DNA of 64,000 bases from Candidatus Omnitrophota bacterium (GCA_043805735.1 JAZDHS010000024.1:2792-66791); one strand, 5' to 3'. Numbered from the stretch's first letter, positions 49,547 through 58,252 are shown. A program made the numbers and translations. The notes: a model not told the origin generated them from the sequence alone.

Positions 49547-50032
49547 ATGAGGATTATTGTCGTCTCCGACACACATAGCATGCAGGGTGAAGATTTACCC
49601 AAAGAGTTCCTGCGCGCCTGCGCCGGCGCGGACCTGGTTTTACACGCCGGAGATATTACGAGCGATGCTATTCTTGATACGATCAAGAAAATCAATCCGG
49701 CGCTTGTGGCCGTTTGCGGGAACATGGATCCGCTGTCGTTAAAAAAGGGACTTGCGGAAAAAGAAATTATCGAAGTGCCTCCTTTTCGCATCGGGTTAAC
49801 TCACGGCAGTGGCGCGCCTTTTAATTTAATCGATTACGTAAAGGAAAAATTTATCAAGGATAAGGTCGATTGCATTGTCTTTGGGCATTCCCATACACCG
49901 TATAACGAATACCATCAAGGAATTCTCCTTTTTAATCCGGGGAGCCTGTTGGATAAATTTTTTTCGCCCTATAATTCCTATGGGGTCTTAGAAGTAGATA
50001 AAAAAATTACCAGTACGATCGTCAAAATATAA
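49547..50032 (+). CDS. YfcE/MJ0936-family metallophosphoesterase
   Basis: 161 aa; MRIIVVSDTH...GH.H. Confidence 0.75.
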   Translation: MRIIVVSDTHSMQGEDLPKEFLRACAGADLVLHAGDITSDAILDTIKKINPALVAVCGNMDPLSLKKGLAEKEIIEVPPFRIGLTHGSGAPFNLIDYVKEKFIKDKVDCIVFGHSHTPYNEYHQGILLFNPGSLLDKFFSPYNSYGVLEVDKKITSTIVKI

Positions 50033-50041
50033 GGATCAGAC

Positions 50042-51202
50042 TTGCTCAAGAGAAAAGCACTTGAACAATTAGAAAATAAGTTTCTTGCCAACTATGCGAT
50101 GAAAAGCCGCGATTCTCAAGGGCGAATCCATCCTGAACCGGAACATCCCTACCGCATGGTTTTTCAACGTGACCGCGACCGGATTATCCATTCTACGGCC
50201 TTTCGAAGATTGGAATACAAAACCCAGGTGTTTGTGAACTACGCGGGAGATTATTACCGCACCCGCTTAACCCATACCCTCGAAGTCGCCCAAATCGCCA
50301 AAACGATCGCCCGGGCCCTGCGGCTCAATGAAGACCTTGTAGAGGCGATCGCGCTGGCCCACGACTTGGGGCATACGCCCTTTGGCCACGCCGGTGAAGA
50401 GATACTGCACGAACTAATGAAAGAACACGGCGGGTTTGAACATAATTTGCAGGGTTTAAGGGTAGTTGATTCCCTCGAAGAACGTTACCCCGATTTTAAA
50501 GGCCTGAATTTATGCTGGGAAGTCCGCGAAGGCATCCTCAAACACGTAACTACTTATGACCACCCTAGTGAGCTGATCGAATTTACACGCTATAAGTTTC
50601 CTACCCTGGAGGCCCAGGTTGTCGATGTTGCTGATGAAATCGCTTATGATAATCATGATTTGGACGACGGCATTACCTCCGATTTTATCAATACCAAAGA
50701 TTTGAATAAAGTCGACCTCTGGTCGCAGGCAAAAGAAAAAATTGCTCAAACGCATCCGCGACTGAATGAGGAAATTAAAAAATTCCAGATCATTAAGTTC
50801 CTGATTAATTTACAGGCTCAGGACGTAATCATCTACTCGGAAAAACGACTAAGAAAATCCCACGTGCGTTCTGTGGACGAGGTTCGCCGGGCCCCCGAGC
50901 GCCTGATCAGCTTTAGCCCAGGCGTAGCCAAAAAATGCGCCCAGCTGCGCCAATTCCTCAACCAGCACCTCTATCAGCATTATCAGGTTGTGCGGATGTC
51001 AAATAAGGCCAAAAGATTTATCGAAGAGCTTTTTAAATGTTACGTCGCCAGCCCTAAACAATTACCTCCCACCAGCCTAGCGCGTTCAAAAGATGAAGAC
51101 GTATACAGGGTAGTCTGCGACTACATTGCGGGAATGACCGACCGTTATGCCCAAAATGAGTACCGCCGGCTCTTTCAGCCTTACGAAGAAAAATTAGGGT
51201 AG
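50042..51202 (+). CDS. dgt: dGTPase-like HD-domain triphosphohydrolase
   Basis: 386 aa; RLTHTLEVAQIAK...HDLGHTPFGH. Confidence 0.78.
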   Translation: MLKRKALEQLENKFLANYAMKSRDSQGRIHPEPEHPYRMVFQRDRDRIIHSTAFRRLEYKTQVFVNYAGDYYRTRLTHTLEVAQIAKTIARALRLNEDLVEAIALAHDLGHTPFGHAGEEILHELMKEHGGFEHNLQGLRVVDSLEERYPDFKGLNLCWEVREGILKHVTTYDHPSELIEFTRYKFPTLEAQVVDVADEIAYDNHDLDDGITSDFINTKDLNKVDLWSQAKEKIAQTHPRLNEEIKKFQIIKFLINLQAQDVIIYSEKRLRKSHVRSVDEVRRAPERLISFSPGVAKKCAQLRQFLNQHLYQHYQVVRMSNKAKRFIEELFKCYVASPKQLPPTSLARSKDEDVYRVVCDYIAGMTDRYAQNEYRRLFQPYEEKLG

Positions 51203-51335
51203 CCCAGAGGGGCAGACCCAGCATTCCTTTAAGCTGGGGTCTAACCCTAAAGTATAGGCCTTCGTAATTCCATATTAACGAAGGGCCTAACCCAGTAGGG
51301 TAGACCCCGGCATTCCTGTAAGCTGGGGTCTAAAT
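51199..51335. repeat. Cluster of three hairpins incl. REP-like element copies 3 (51203-51242) and 4 (51291-51331), opposite orientation to copies 1-2
   Basis: CCCAGAGGGGC-AGACCCAGC-ATTCCTTTAAG-CTGGGGTCT and CCCAGTAGGGT-AGACCCCGG-CATTCCTGTAAG-CTGGGGTCT; middle hairpin AGGCCTTCG...CGAAGGGCCT. Confidence 0.7.
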
Positions 51336-51348
51336 TCACTCGTCAACA

Positions 51349-51378
51349 TTGACATTATAGAGACTATTGCGGTATAAT
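51349..51378 (+). promoter_or_regulatory. Promoter TTGACA-18-TATAAT; -10 ends 8 nt before ATG 51387 (leaderless mRNA?)
   Basis: Read directly. Confidence 0.45.
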
Positions 51379-51386
51379 TATAAGCT

Positions 51387-52952
51387 ATGAAAGACAATAG
51401 CGGGTATCAGCAGCAACTTTTTGAGAAACTATCCAAAAGCTACGATCTGAAAAAAGAAAGTGAAATCTTAGGCGGCTTATTTAAAGATTCTTTTCTTTGG
51501 ATAGTGGATAGCGCCTCGGCGCTGGAAGCTGACGCGCAAGGCAAAAAAAACCAGATCAAGCACGTTATCGAACTCTGCGCCCCAGAATCGGACGCTTTGT
51601 GTACCCACCACTGCACCTTGTCGAAAAGTGCGGTGCGCAGTAAATGCCTGGGTTGCATTAGCGGGGCACTCCAGCGGGCAAAAAAAACGCATAGCATTGA
51701 AAAGTTCAGCTGCGATAACCACTTGTACGGGTTATGCTTTCCGCTCTCTCAAGGTGACGCGCTTTACGGCTTTCTCATTTTATGCAGTTTAAAACAGGAA
51801 CCTACCCCTGAATCCCTGCGTTTATTCGAGGCCCTCAATAGCACGATTCTGGAAAAAATCCAAAAAGAACTTGAACTTTCTAAACTATACGAAACTATTC
51901 GGCCAAGAGCCATTGCGCTTTCCACGGTGCACACTATCCACCGGCTGATTAGTTCAAGCCTTGATCTCGACGAGCTGCTTCCGCGCATTGCCCGGCTTTC
52001 TTTACAGGTCTTGCGTTCTAAGCGCTGCCTGATCAGCCTGGTAGACAAAAAAAGCAAGCAATTGGTCTCCAAGGCCTTTATCGATGTCTCCAAAAAGAAG
52101 GCCTGCGTTTCGGCCTTCCAGAAAACCTTAGAAAAAAAGGTCCTGCACAGCGGCCGAATCGTACTCAACAAGGCCTACTTAAGCGTTCCATTCGTCGATG
52201 AAGAACCGCTGGGCGTTATTTCTGTATTCGATAAAATGTCCGGCCGTCCATTTGATAATTTTGACCTGGAAATTCTTAACGCCCTGGCCGAACAAGCCAC
52301 CGGCGCCATTAAGAACGCGCAAATGTATCGTGAACAGGAGCATCTGCTCTCGGGCACGGTCAAATTTATTTCCACGCTTTTAAAGCTTAAATCCGGAGCG
52401 CCATATACGCACTCCAAGCATATTGTTGAAATTATTATGCATATCGCCAAAGAGCTAAGCCTCTCCAGCGAAGAATTGCGCAATTTGCGCTATGCGGCGA
52501 TGCTCCACGATGCGGAAAAAATCGGGATTCCCGAAGAAATCCTCAAGAAACCGACGCCGCTGACAATAAAAGAGTACAAAATTGTCAAAGAGCACCCTAG
52601 AAAAAGCGCGCGTATCTTAAGCCCGATGGAACGCTTAAGGCCAGCGGTAGGAATTATTATGCACCACCATGAAAAATTTGACGGGACGGGCTATCCCGAT
52701 AAATTAAAAGGGGAGCAAATCCCCATCGGTGCGCGCATTATGGCGGTTGCCGACAGCCTGGAGGCAATGATTTCCCTTAGGCCTTATCGCCAGTCGACCA
52801 CTATTGCCGAGGCAATTAAGGAACTTAAAAGTAAAAGCGGTACACAGTTTGACCCGCGAGTAATTAAGGCTTTTTTAAAACTAATTAAGCGAAAAACATT
52901 TAAAAGGCTGCTTAAAGGTATCCAAAATGACCGGTCTAAAAAAAGTCTGTGA
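51387..52952 (+). CDS. GAF-domain HD-GYP c-di-GMP phosphodiesterase
   Basis: 521 aa; HHHEKFDGTGYP HD-GYP signature. Confidence 0.75.
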   Translation: MKDNSGYQQQLFEKLSKSYDLKKESEILGGLFKDSFLWIVDSASALEADAQGKKNQIKHVIELCAPESDALCTHHCTLSKSAVRSKCLGCISGALQRAKKTHSIEKFSCDNHLYGLCFPLSQGDALYGFLILCSLKQEPTPESLRLFEALNSTILEKIQKELELSKLYETIRPRAIALSTVHTIHRLISSSLDLDELLPRIARLSLQVLRSKRCLISLVDKKSKQLVSKAFIDVSKKKACVSAFQKTLEKKVLHSGRIVLNKAYLSVPFVDEEPLGVISVFDKMSGRPFDNFDLEILNALAEQATGAIKNAQMYREQEHLLSGTVKFISTLLKLKSGAPYTHSKHIVEIIMHIAKELSLSSEELRNLRYAAMLHDAEKIGIPEEILKKPTPLTIKEYKIVKEHPRKSARILSPMERLRPAVGIIMHHHEKFDGTGYPDKLKGEQIPIGARIMAVADSLEAMISLRPYRQSTTIAEAIKELKSKSGTQFDPRVIKAFLKLIKRKTFKRLLKGIQNDRSKKSL

Positions 52953-53193
52953 AATACCCTTAAATCGAAAGGTGATCTCTTTTTTCCATGAGAATCCTTC
53001 GACGGTGGATACGTCCCGGGCAATCGCCGCATGGCTCAACTGTGAGCGTAAAGAGGTAAAAAAAGCGCTAGACTATTTAGTCACTCAAGGAATTTTACTG
53101 CCACACCGGATCGGCGCCTCTACTGCCTATGCTTATACCCAAGATAAAAAAATTATTTTCAAAATAGAAAAAATTTTAAACATTCAAACTTAA
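52927..53193 (+). CDS. Hypothetical small protein
   Basis: 88 aa; overlaps upstream gene 3' end. Confidence 0.35.
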   Translation: MTGLKKVCEIPLNRKVISFFHENPSTVDTSRAIAAWLNCERKEVKKALDYLVTQGILLPHRIGASTAYAYTQDKKIIFKIEKILNIQT

Positions 53194-53202
53194 GGAGGGG
53201 AC

Positions 53203-53850
53203 ATGTTCGAATCGGAACATAAAGACAAACAGGTGGAATTCTTCAACGATTATACCTGCATGTCTAAAAAACCGCGTACCTCGAAGCTGGCTTTAGGAAA
53301 AATTGCGCTTTCTTTATCCTACGAAAACGTGATCATTGTTTCTATCGGCCTGATTATGATTTTAATCGTCTGTTATTCTTTGGGGGTAGAAAAAGGCAAA
53401 TACCTGGCGAAACTTTCCACTGATGTCGATGTAATCGCAATTAAAGCTGAGCCCACGCCTAGCTTGGAAAGCGCAAAAACTGAAAACCTGATTAAAGAAG
53501 TTCCGCTTAAATCCCCGATTAAAGAAACTACTAAGCCCAAAGATGAACCACTACCCACAAAAACGGCAGAAGAAAAGAAGGCCCCTGCGCCACAGGAGAA
53601 AAAAGTAAAGATCAAAATTGCCAATAAACAGCTTTATACTATACAGGTGGCAACATTCCGTCAAAGCACTTCCGTACAAAAAGAAACCGACCGCTTGAAG
53701 AAAATCGGCTACAGCTCGTTTCCCATTTCCAGTAATAAACTTACTGCGCTTTGTATCGGAAATTATAAAAGTAAGGGCGAGGCTTCAAAAGACCTCGTAA
53801 AACTTAAAAAGCTCTATAGTGACTGTTACGTGCGTTTAGTAAAAAAATAA
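53203..53850 (+). CDS. SPOR-domain membrane protein (septal peptidoglycan binding)
   Basis: TM then C-terminal KQLYTIQVATFRQSTSVQKETDRLKKIGY SPOR-like. Confidence 0.6.
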   Translation: MFESEHKDKQVEFFNDYTCMSKKPRTSKLALGKIALSLSYENVIIVSIGLIMILIVCYSLGVEKGKYLAKLSTDVDVIAIKAEPTPSLESAKTENLIKEVPLKSPIKETTKPKDEPLPTKTAEEKKAPAPQEKKVKIKIANKQLYTIQVATFRQSTSVQKETDRLKKIGYSSFPISSNKLTALCIGNYKSKGEASKDLVKLKKLYSDCYVRLVKK

Positions 53851-53886
53851 AGGTAATTTCCGCTTTTCGAAAGGAGAAATAATAGA

Positions 53887-54177
53887 ATGTCGTTGCATCC
53901 CTCGTTAGTTCCTAAAGGTAAAGGAAAAAGAAGACACAGCGTAATGAAACGCTACGAACGAATAAAAGAAATGCTGGAAAAAGAGAAGTGGAAGCCCGGG
54001 GATTCGGTCTATGGGCTAGCCAAGCTCAAGGTAATGCGCTGGAAGGCTAAAAAAGTGAAAAAGGCCGCGGAGGCGGCCGGCGCGGAAGGCACTGCCCCCG
54101 AGGCCGGTGCAGCCGCAAAACCAGCCGCAGGAAAACCAGCCGCCGCTACTGAGAAGAAAGAAGCTGTAAAAAAATGA
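53887..54177 (+). CDS. Small basic protein with K/A-rich histone-H1-like tail
   Basis: 96 aa; KKAAEAAGAEGTAPEAGAAAKPAAGKPAAATEKK. Confidence 0.35.
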   Translation: MSLHPSLVPKGKGKRRHSVMKRYERIKEMLEKEKWKPGDSVYGLAKLKVMRWKAKKVKKAAEAAGAEGTAPEAGAAAKPAAGKPAAATEKKEAVKK

Positions 54178-55022
54178 GGAACATTACTGTTTTATTTTGT
54201 TTATGTATAAGTATCACCACAGGGGCGTTTTGTTTTGCTCAAGAAACAGCTCCGGCAGTATTTGAAGCGGTGTACGCCACTATTCAAGGAGAAAAGGTCA
54301 ACGTGCGTGCCGGCCAAGGCGTCAACTTTGAGTCACTGGGCCAACTAGAAAAAAGTATGCCGGTAGTGGTCTTGGGTGAGGAGTACGGTTGGTATAAAGT
54401 AAAATTGCCGAAAAACTGCCTGGCCTATGTCCATAAAGACTATGTCAAAGATAATGTTGTTACTGCCGGCGCATTACGTATACGCGCCCGACCCGGGTTA
54501 AAATCGAGCGTACTGGGTACGCTGCAAAAAGGAGACAAAATCGTAGTGCGTAAGCAAGAGGGCGAGTGGCTACTCATCGTACCTGAGGAAGAAACAGCGG
54601 GCTGGATTCAAAAAGATTATCTTAAGCTATCGTCGAAAAAATATCTGCCCGCGGTTAGCCTGGCCACGGCAGTGGTCCAAGAAACGCCGCCGCAAGAGCC
54701 ACTGACGCTAAAGGCCGAGAAACCTACGCCTGCGCAAATAACCGAACAGCCGCCTCTGCCGGAACCAAAATCAACCCAAACGGCTAAGCTTGCAAAAGAT
54801 GAATACACGGGAATCATTCAAGATGTAGGTAAGTTTCACAAACGGCCAGCCGCCCACAAGTTAGTCCAAGACAACGGCACAACTTACTACCTTAAAAGCG
54901 ACAGCGTAAACCTTAATCAATATATCTACCGTAATGTTTCTGTGGTCGGCGAAATACAAGAGCTACCCGGTCTTGCTTATCCACTGATTAGCGCAACGCA
55001 GGTTAAGGCCTTGGCACAATGA
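54174..55022 (+). CDS. Secreted protein with two bacterial SH3 (SH3b) domains
   Basis: Signal peptide; two VNVRAG/LRIRARPG SH3_3-like repeats. Confidence 0.55.
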   Translation: MRNITVLFCLCISITTGAFCFAQETAPAVFEAVYATIQGEKVNVRAGQGVNFESLGQLEKSMPVVVLGEEYGWYKVKLPKNCLAYVHKDYVKDNVVTAGALRIRARPGLKSSVLGTLQKGDKIVVRKQEGEWLLIVPEEETAGWIQKDYLKLSSKKYLPAVSLATAVVQETPPQEPLTLKAEKPTPAQITEQPPLPEPKSTQTAKLAKDEYTGIIQDVGKFHKRPAAHKLVQDNGTTYYLKSDSVNLNQYIYRNVSVVGEIQELPGLAYPLISATQVKALAQ

Positions 55023-55630
55023 CCCTTTTTTTCATCGCCCTTTTTCTGCTGGCGGTTATTATTCATGAAGTTGCCCACGGATGGATGGCCAATAAGCTGG
55101 GAGATCCGACCGCAAAATTCGCTGGCCGTCTCACGCTTAACCCAATCGCCCACATCGACCCGATGGGAACGATACTTTTTCCTTTATTGCTTTCTTTAAG
55201 CGGATCGCCAATAGTTTTCGGCTGGGCCAAGCCAGTGCCGATCAATTTCGCTCTCCTGCGCAATGGCAAAAAGGGCCTCCTTTTAGTCAGCGCCGCGGGC
55301 ATCGGCGCAAATGCGGTCTTGGCGGTTTTGTTTGCGCTGCTACTAAGGATGGGGCTTTTTCCGTATAATAGCTATGGTTGGGTATTTTTGAATTACGGCA
55401 TCATGGTAAACCTGGTGCTCGCGGTCTTCAATGCCATTCCCATACCGCCTTTGGATGGCTCAAAGATTGTCTTGAGCATTTTACCAAAAGAGCTTGCCAA
55501 TACTTACCTGAAAATTGAACCTTACGGCTTTGTGATATTGCTCGGCCTGGCGTGGCTGGGATTATTAGGCCGAGTCATTTGGCCGGTAGTTACTTTTGCC
55601 TCCCGTTTATTAGGAGCAGGCATCTTATGA
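55019..55630 (+). CDS. Site-2 protease family (M50) membrane metalloprotease, short form
   Basis: HEVAHGWMA HExxH in TM1. Confidence 0.75.
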   Translation: MTLFFIALFLLAVIIHEVAHGWMANKLGDPTAKFAGRLTLNPIAHIDPMGTILFPLLLSLSGSPIVFGWAKPVPINFALLRNGKKGLLLVSAAGIGANAVLAVLFALLLRMGLFPYNSYGWVFLNYGIMVNLVLAVFNAIPIPPLDGSKIVLSILPKELANTYLKIEPYGFVILLGLAWLGLLGRVIWPVVTFASRLLGAGIL

Positions 55631-55631
55631 A

Positions 55632-55682
55632 CCCCGCCCTTCCTAAGAGGGTGGGGAATAGATTGAAAGGAAGGGCGGGGTG
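55632..55682 (+). promoter_or_regulatory. 13-bp GC-rich hairpin CCCCGCCCTTCCT...AGGAAGGGCGGGG sequestering SD and GUG start of aroB
   Basis: Perfect inverted repeat seen directly; 3' arm ends on G of GTG start. Confidence 0.5.
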
Positions 55683-56777
55683 AAACGAATTCGCGTAAAG
55701 CTTGGTCAACGCAGCTATGATATCATTATCGGCCACGGAACGCTCAACCGGCTCACCCGGCTGCTCGGCGCTTTCTCTTTAAGTAAAGTTGCCCTGGTCA
55801 TCACCAACCCCACCATTTATCGTCTTTACGGCGAAAAGTTAAAAACACTGTTGGCGCATGCCGGCTATGAAGTGTATTGCGAAGAAGTGCCGGATAGCGA
55901 AGAAAGTAAATCTTTCGCGGTCTGCACACGCCTGGTGGCCAGATGCGCAGAATTAGACGGGGGAAGGGGCATTTTTATTATTGCTTTAGGTGGGGGGGTA
56001 ATCGGCGACCTTGCCGGCTTCTGCGCGTCAATTTATCACCGGGGTATCCCGTATGTACAAATTCCGACAACGCTATTGGCCCAGGTAGACTCAAGTATTG
56101 GCGGTAAAGTGGCCCTGGACCTCGCTTGCGGAAAAAATTTAGTCGGCTCTTTCTACCAGCCGCTTTTAGTCTTGAGTGATATCGACTTTTTGGCGAGCTT
56201 AGAAGAAAAACAAATCCGTAACGCGCTCGCTGAGATTATTAAATACGGCGTTATTGCCGATCGGCAATTATTCTGTTTCCTGGAACGCTCTGTTGACGAT
56301 ATTCTTAAACGCGACCGAAAAAAGCTGCAGCATATCGTCGAGGTATGCAGCCGGATAAAGACGCGCGTAGTGGAACGGGACGAATACGACAATAAGGGCA
56401 AGCGCATGACTCTCAACTTCGGCCATACTATCGGCCATGCGCTTGAAGCCGCATATGACTATTCGGCACAACTGCCCCATGGTTTCGCCATCGCCATCGG
56501 GATGCTCGTTGCCGGTGATATCGCTTTACGCCTGGGCCTAGTTGGCGAAAGTACGCTCCGGCGTATCGAAACCTTAATCCGCAAAGCCGGTCTTCCTACT
56601 CAGATGAGCGGGGTAACGATCGAAAAGATTATTGCCGCCCAGGCTCACGATAAGAAGTTTAACTTAGGCAAAAACCGTTTTGTCCTTCCGGTACGTATCG
56701 GTAAAGTAATCATAAAAGAGGGCGTTGCGCAAAAAGTTATCGTCAACGCCCTGCACGCCAGAATGCAACGTGTCTAA
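55680..56777 (+). CDS. aroB: 3-dehydroquinate synthase (GTG start)
   Basis: 365 aa; GGGVIGDLAGF...NFGHTIGHALE. Confidence 0.85.
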   Translation: MKRIRVKLGQRSYDIIIGHGTLNRLTRLLGAFSLSKVALVITNPTIYRLYGEKLKTLLAHAGYEVYCEEVPDSEESKSFAVCTRLVARCAELDGGRGIFIIALGGGVIGDLAGFCASIYHRGIPYVQIPTTLLAQVDSSIGGKVALDLACGKNLVGSFYQPLLVLSDIDFLASLEEKQIRNALAEIIKYGVIADRQLFCFLERSVDDILKRDRKKLQHIVEVCSRIKTRVVERDEYDNKGKRMTLNFGHTIGHALEAAYDYSAQLPHGFAIAIGMLVAGDIALRLGLVGESTLRRIETLIRKAGLPTQMSGVTIEKIIAAQAHDKKFNLGKNRFVLPVRIGKVIIKEGVAQKVIVNALHARMQRV

Positions 56778-56788
56778 AACCTATCCGG

Positions 56789-57283
56789 TTACTTAATCTT
56801 TAAATTAAATTCCGCATCCTTATAAGAAAGCTTAACGAAATTAGGCTGGATTTCCAAAAGCCGGGCTCCATCAACCAGGTTGCCTTCACCAACAATGCGG
56901 CTGTTGATAATTGCCAGCGGCCGTTTCTGGTCATAAACAATGCCGCTGAGCTGAAAATTAGCCGAATCGACTGTCGGAAACTCAAAATCAATCTTTCTTA
57001 AATTCAGTACGTTTTGCGCCAGTGGCACCCGGTGAAGAGCCTGTTGCTGTGCCGGCGCCCTTGTCGGCTCAAGAGGAATAGACCCTGGGCCAGGGGACAA
57101 GAAAAGATAAAGCGATAACCCGTAGACAATCACGGTGCCGCTCCATAAAAACCAGCGGCGCGTGGAATGACTGCGAGCAGTGCGCGACATGACGTTGATA
57201 TCGTTAAGTACACGCATCTTCGTATCACCGTAACCGGCTTGTTGTTTTTCTGCTTTCTTCAAGGCATCGTTAATAATACTCAT
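56789..57283 (-). CDS. GspB-like protein (general secretion pathway protein B C-terminal domain)
   Basis: MSIINDALKKAEK... TM ... C-terminal FQLSGIVYDQKRPLAIIN; GGAGG SD; ATGA overlap with exeA-like stop. Confidence 0.5.
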   Translation of the reverse strand: MSIINDALKKAEKQQAGYGDTKMRVLNDINVMSRTARSHSTRRWFLWSGTVIVYGLSLYLFLSPGPGSIPLEPTRAPAQQQALHRVPLAQNVLNLRKIDFEFPTVDSANFQLSGIVYDQKRPLAIINSRIVGEGNLVDGARLLEIQPNFVKLSYKDAEFNLKIK

Positions 57284-58116
57284 AACCGAACCTCCTCGTT
57301 TGCCGCCATTTCCATTCCTTCCAATTCGCGAATACAACGGATAATCAGTTCTACTGTAATCGTCTTGGTTTCCTCCACAAATGCCGCTAATAAAGCTTTA
57401 TCGCAGAGGATATTAATCAGCCGGGGTACCCCTTGCGAGTACTTATAAATTTCGCTGACTGCCCCTTTAGTAAAAAAGGTATTTCCCGACGCCCCGGCAA
57501 CGGTAAGCCGGTGGGCAATGTAGGCCTCTACTTCATCTTCGTCTAACGCCGCGATGTGATAACGCACGCTGATTCTCTGCCTTAGCTGGCGTAATTCGGG
57601 AAGCTTAAGCCGCTGGCGCAATTCCGGCTGCCCGACCAATACTATCTGCAGCAGCTTTTCTTTTTCCGTCTCCAGGTTAGAAAGTAAACGGATTGCCTCC
57701 AAAAGAGAGCTCTTTAAATTCTGGGCCTCATCGACAATGACCACCACATTGTTACCCAGGGCTAACTGCTGGATCAGAAAGTTATTCAGGGCATCCAAAA
57801 GCGAAAGCTCGGGTGACCTTTTTACCTCAATGCCCAAATCCTGGACAATCGAACGGAGTAATTGATATTTACTTAATTCGGGATTTAGAATCAGGGCGGT
57901 TCTAGTGTTTTTATCCAGGGAATTCAACAGCGCCTTACAGATCGTGGTCTTGCCGGTACCGATTTCACCGGTAATTTCCAAAAAGCCTTTGCGCTCTTTA
58001 ATCCCGTAGATCAGGTGGGCGAACGCCTCTTTATGCTTACGGCTAAAGAAGAGGAAGGCCGGATCGGAAGTAACGTTAAACGGCTTTTCTTTCAGGCCAA
58101 AAAATTGCTCGTACAT
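57280..58116 (-). CDS. ExeA/GspA-like AAA ATPase
   Basis: MYEQFFGLKEKPFNVTSDP...GEIGTGKTT. Confidence 0.75.
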   Translation of the reverse strand: MYEQFFGLKEKPFNVTSDPAFLFFSRKHKEAFAHLIYGIKERKGFLEITGEIGTGKTTICKALLNSLDKNTRTALILNPELSKYQLLRSIVQDLGIEVKRSPELSLLDALNNFLIQQLALGNNVVVIVDEAQNLKSSLLEAIRLLSNLETEKEKLLQIVLVGQPELRQRLKLPELRQLRQRISVRYHIAALDEDEVEAYIAHRLTVAGASGNTFFTKGAVSEIYKYSQGVPRLINILCDKALLAAFVEETKTITVELIIRCIRELEGMEMAANEEVRL

Positions 58117-58179
58117 AGCATATTTAGTATAACACCGCGCCCGCCGCTTGTAAAGAGTTTTTCAGCAAAAACACTGGGC

Positions 58180-58208
58180 TTGACAACGACTGAAAATCAG
58201 TGTAAGAT
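58180..58208 (+). promoter_or_regulatory. Promoter TTGACA-17-TAAGAT with TG extended -10
   Basis: Read directly upstream of dnaE. Confidence 0.4.
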
Positions 58209-58252
58209 GCTTCTGTCGAAGCAATTCCTTTCAGTGGATCTACTAAATTCCG

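Noticed and set aside
47104-51202. Integrated mobile element at tRNA-Gly
   Set aside because: No integrase or transposase, no duplicated tRNA 3' end, and no visible composition shift. Kept only as a low-interest finding.
51199-51335. CRISPR array
   Set aside because: There are only two to three repeat units, each an internal palindrome, with unequal 'spacers' and copies elsewhere at gene ends. This is REP-like, not CRISPR. No cas genes are present.
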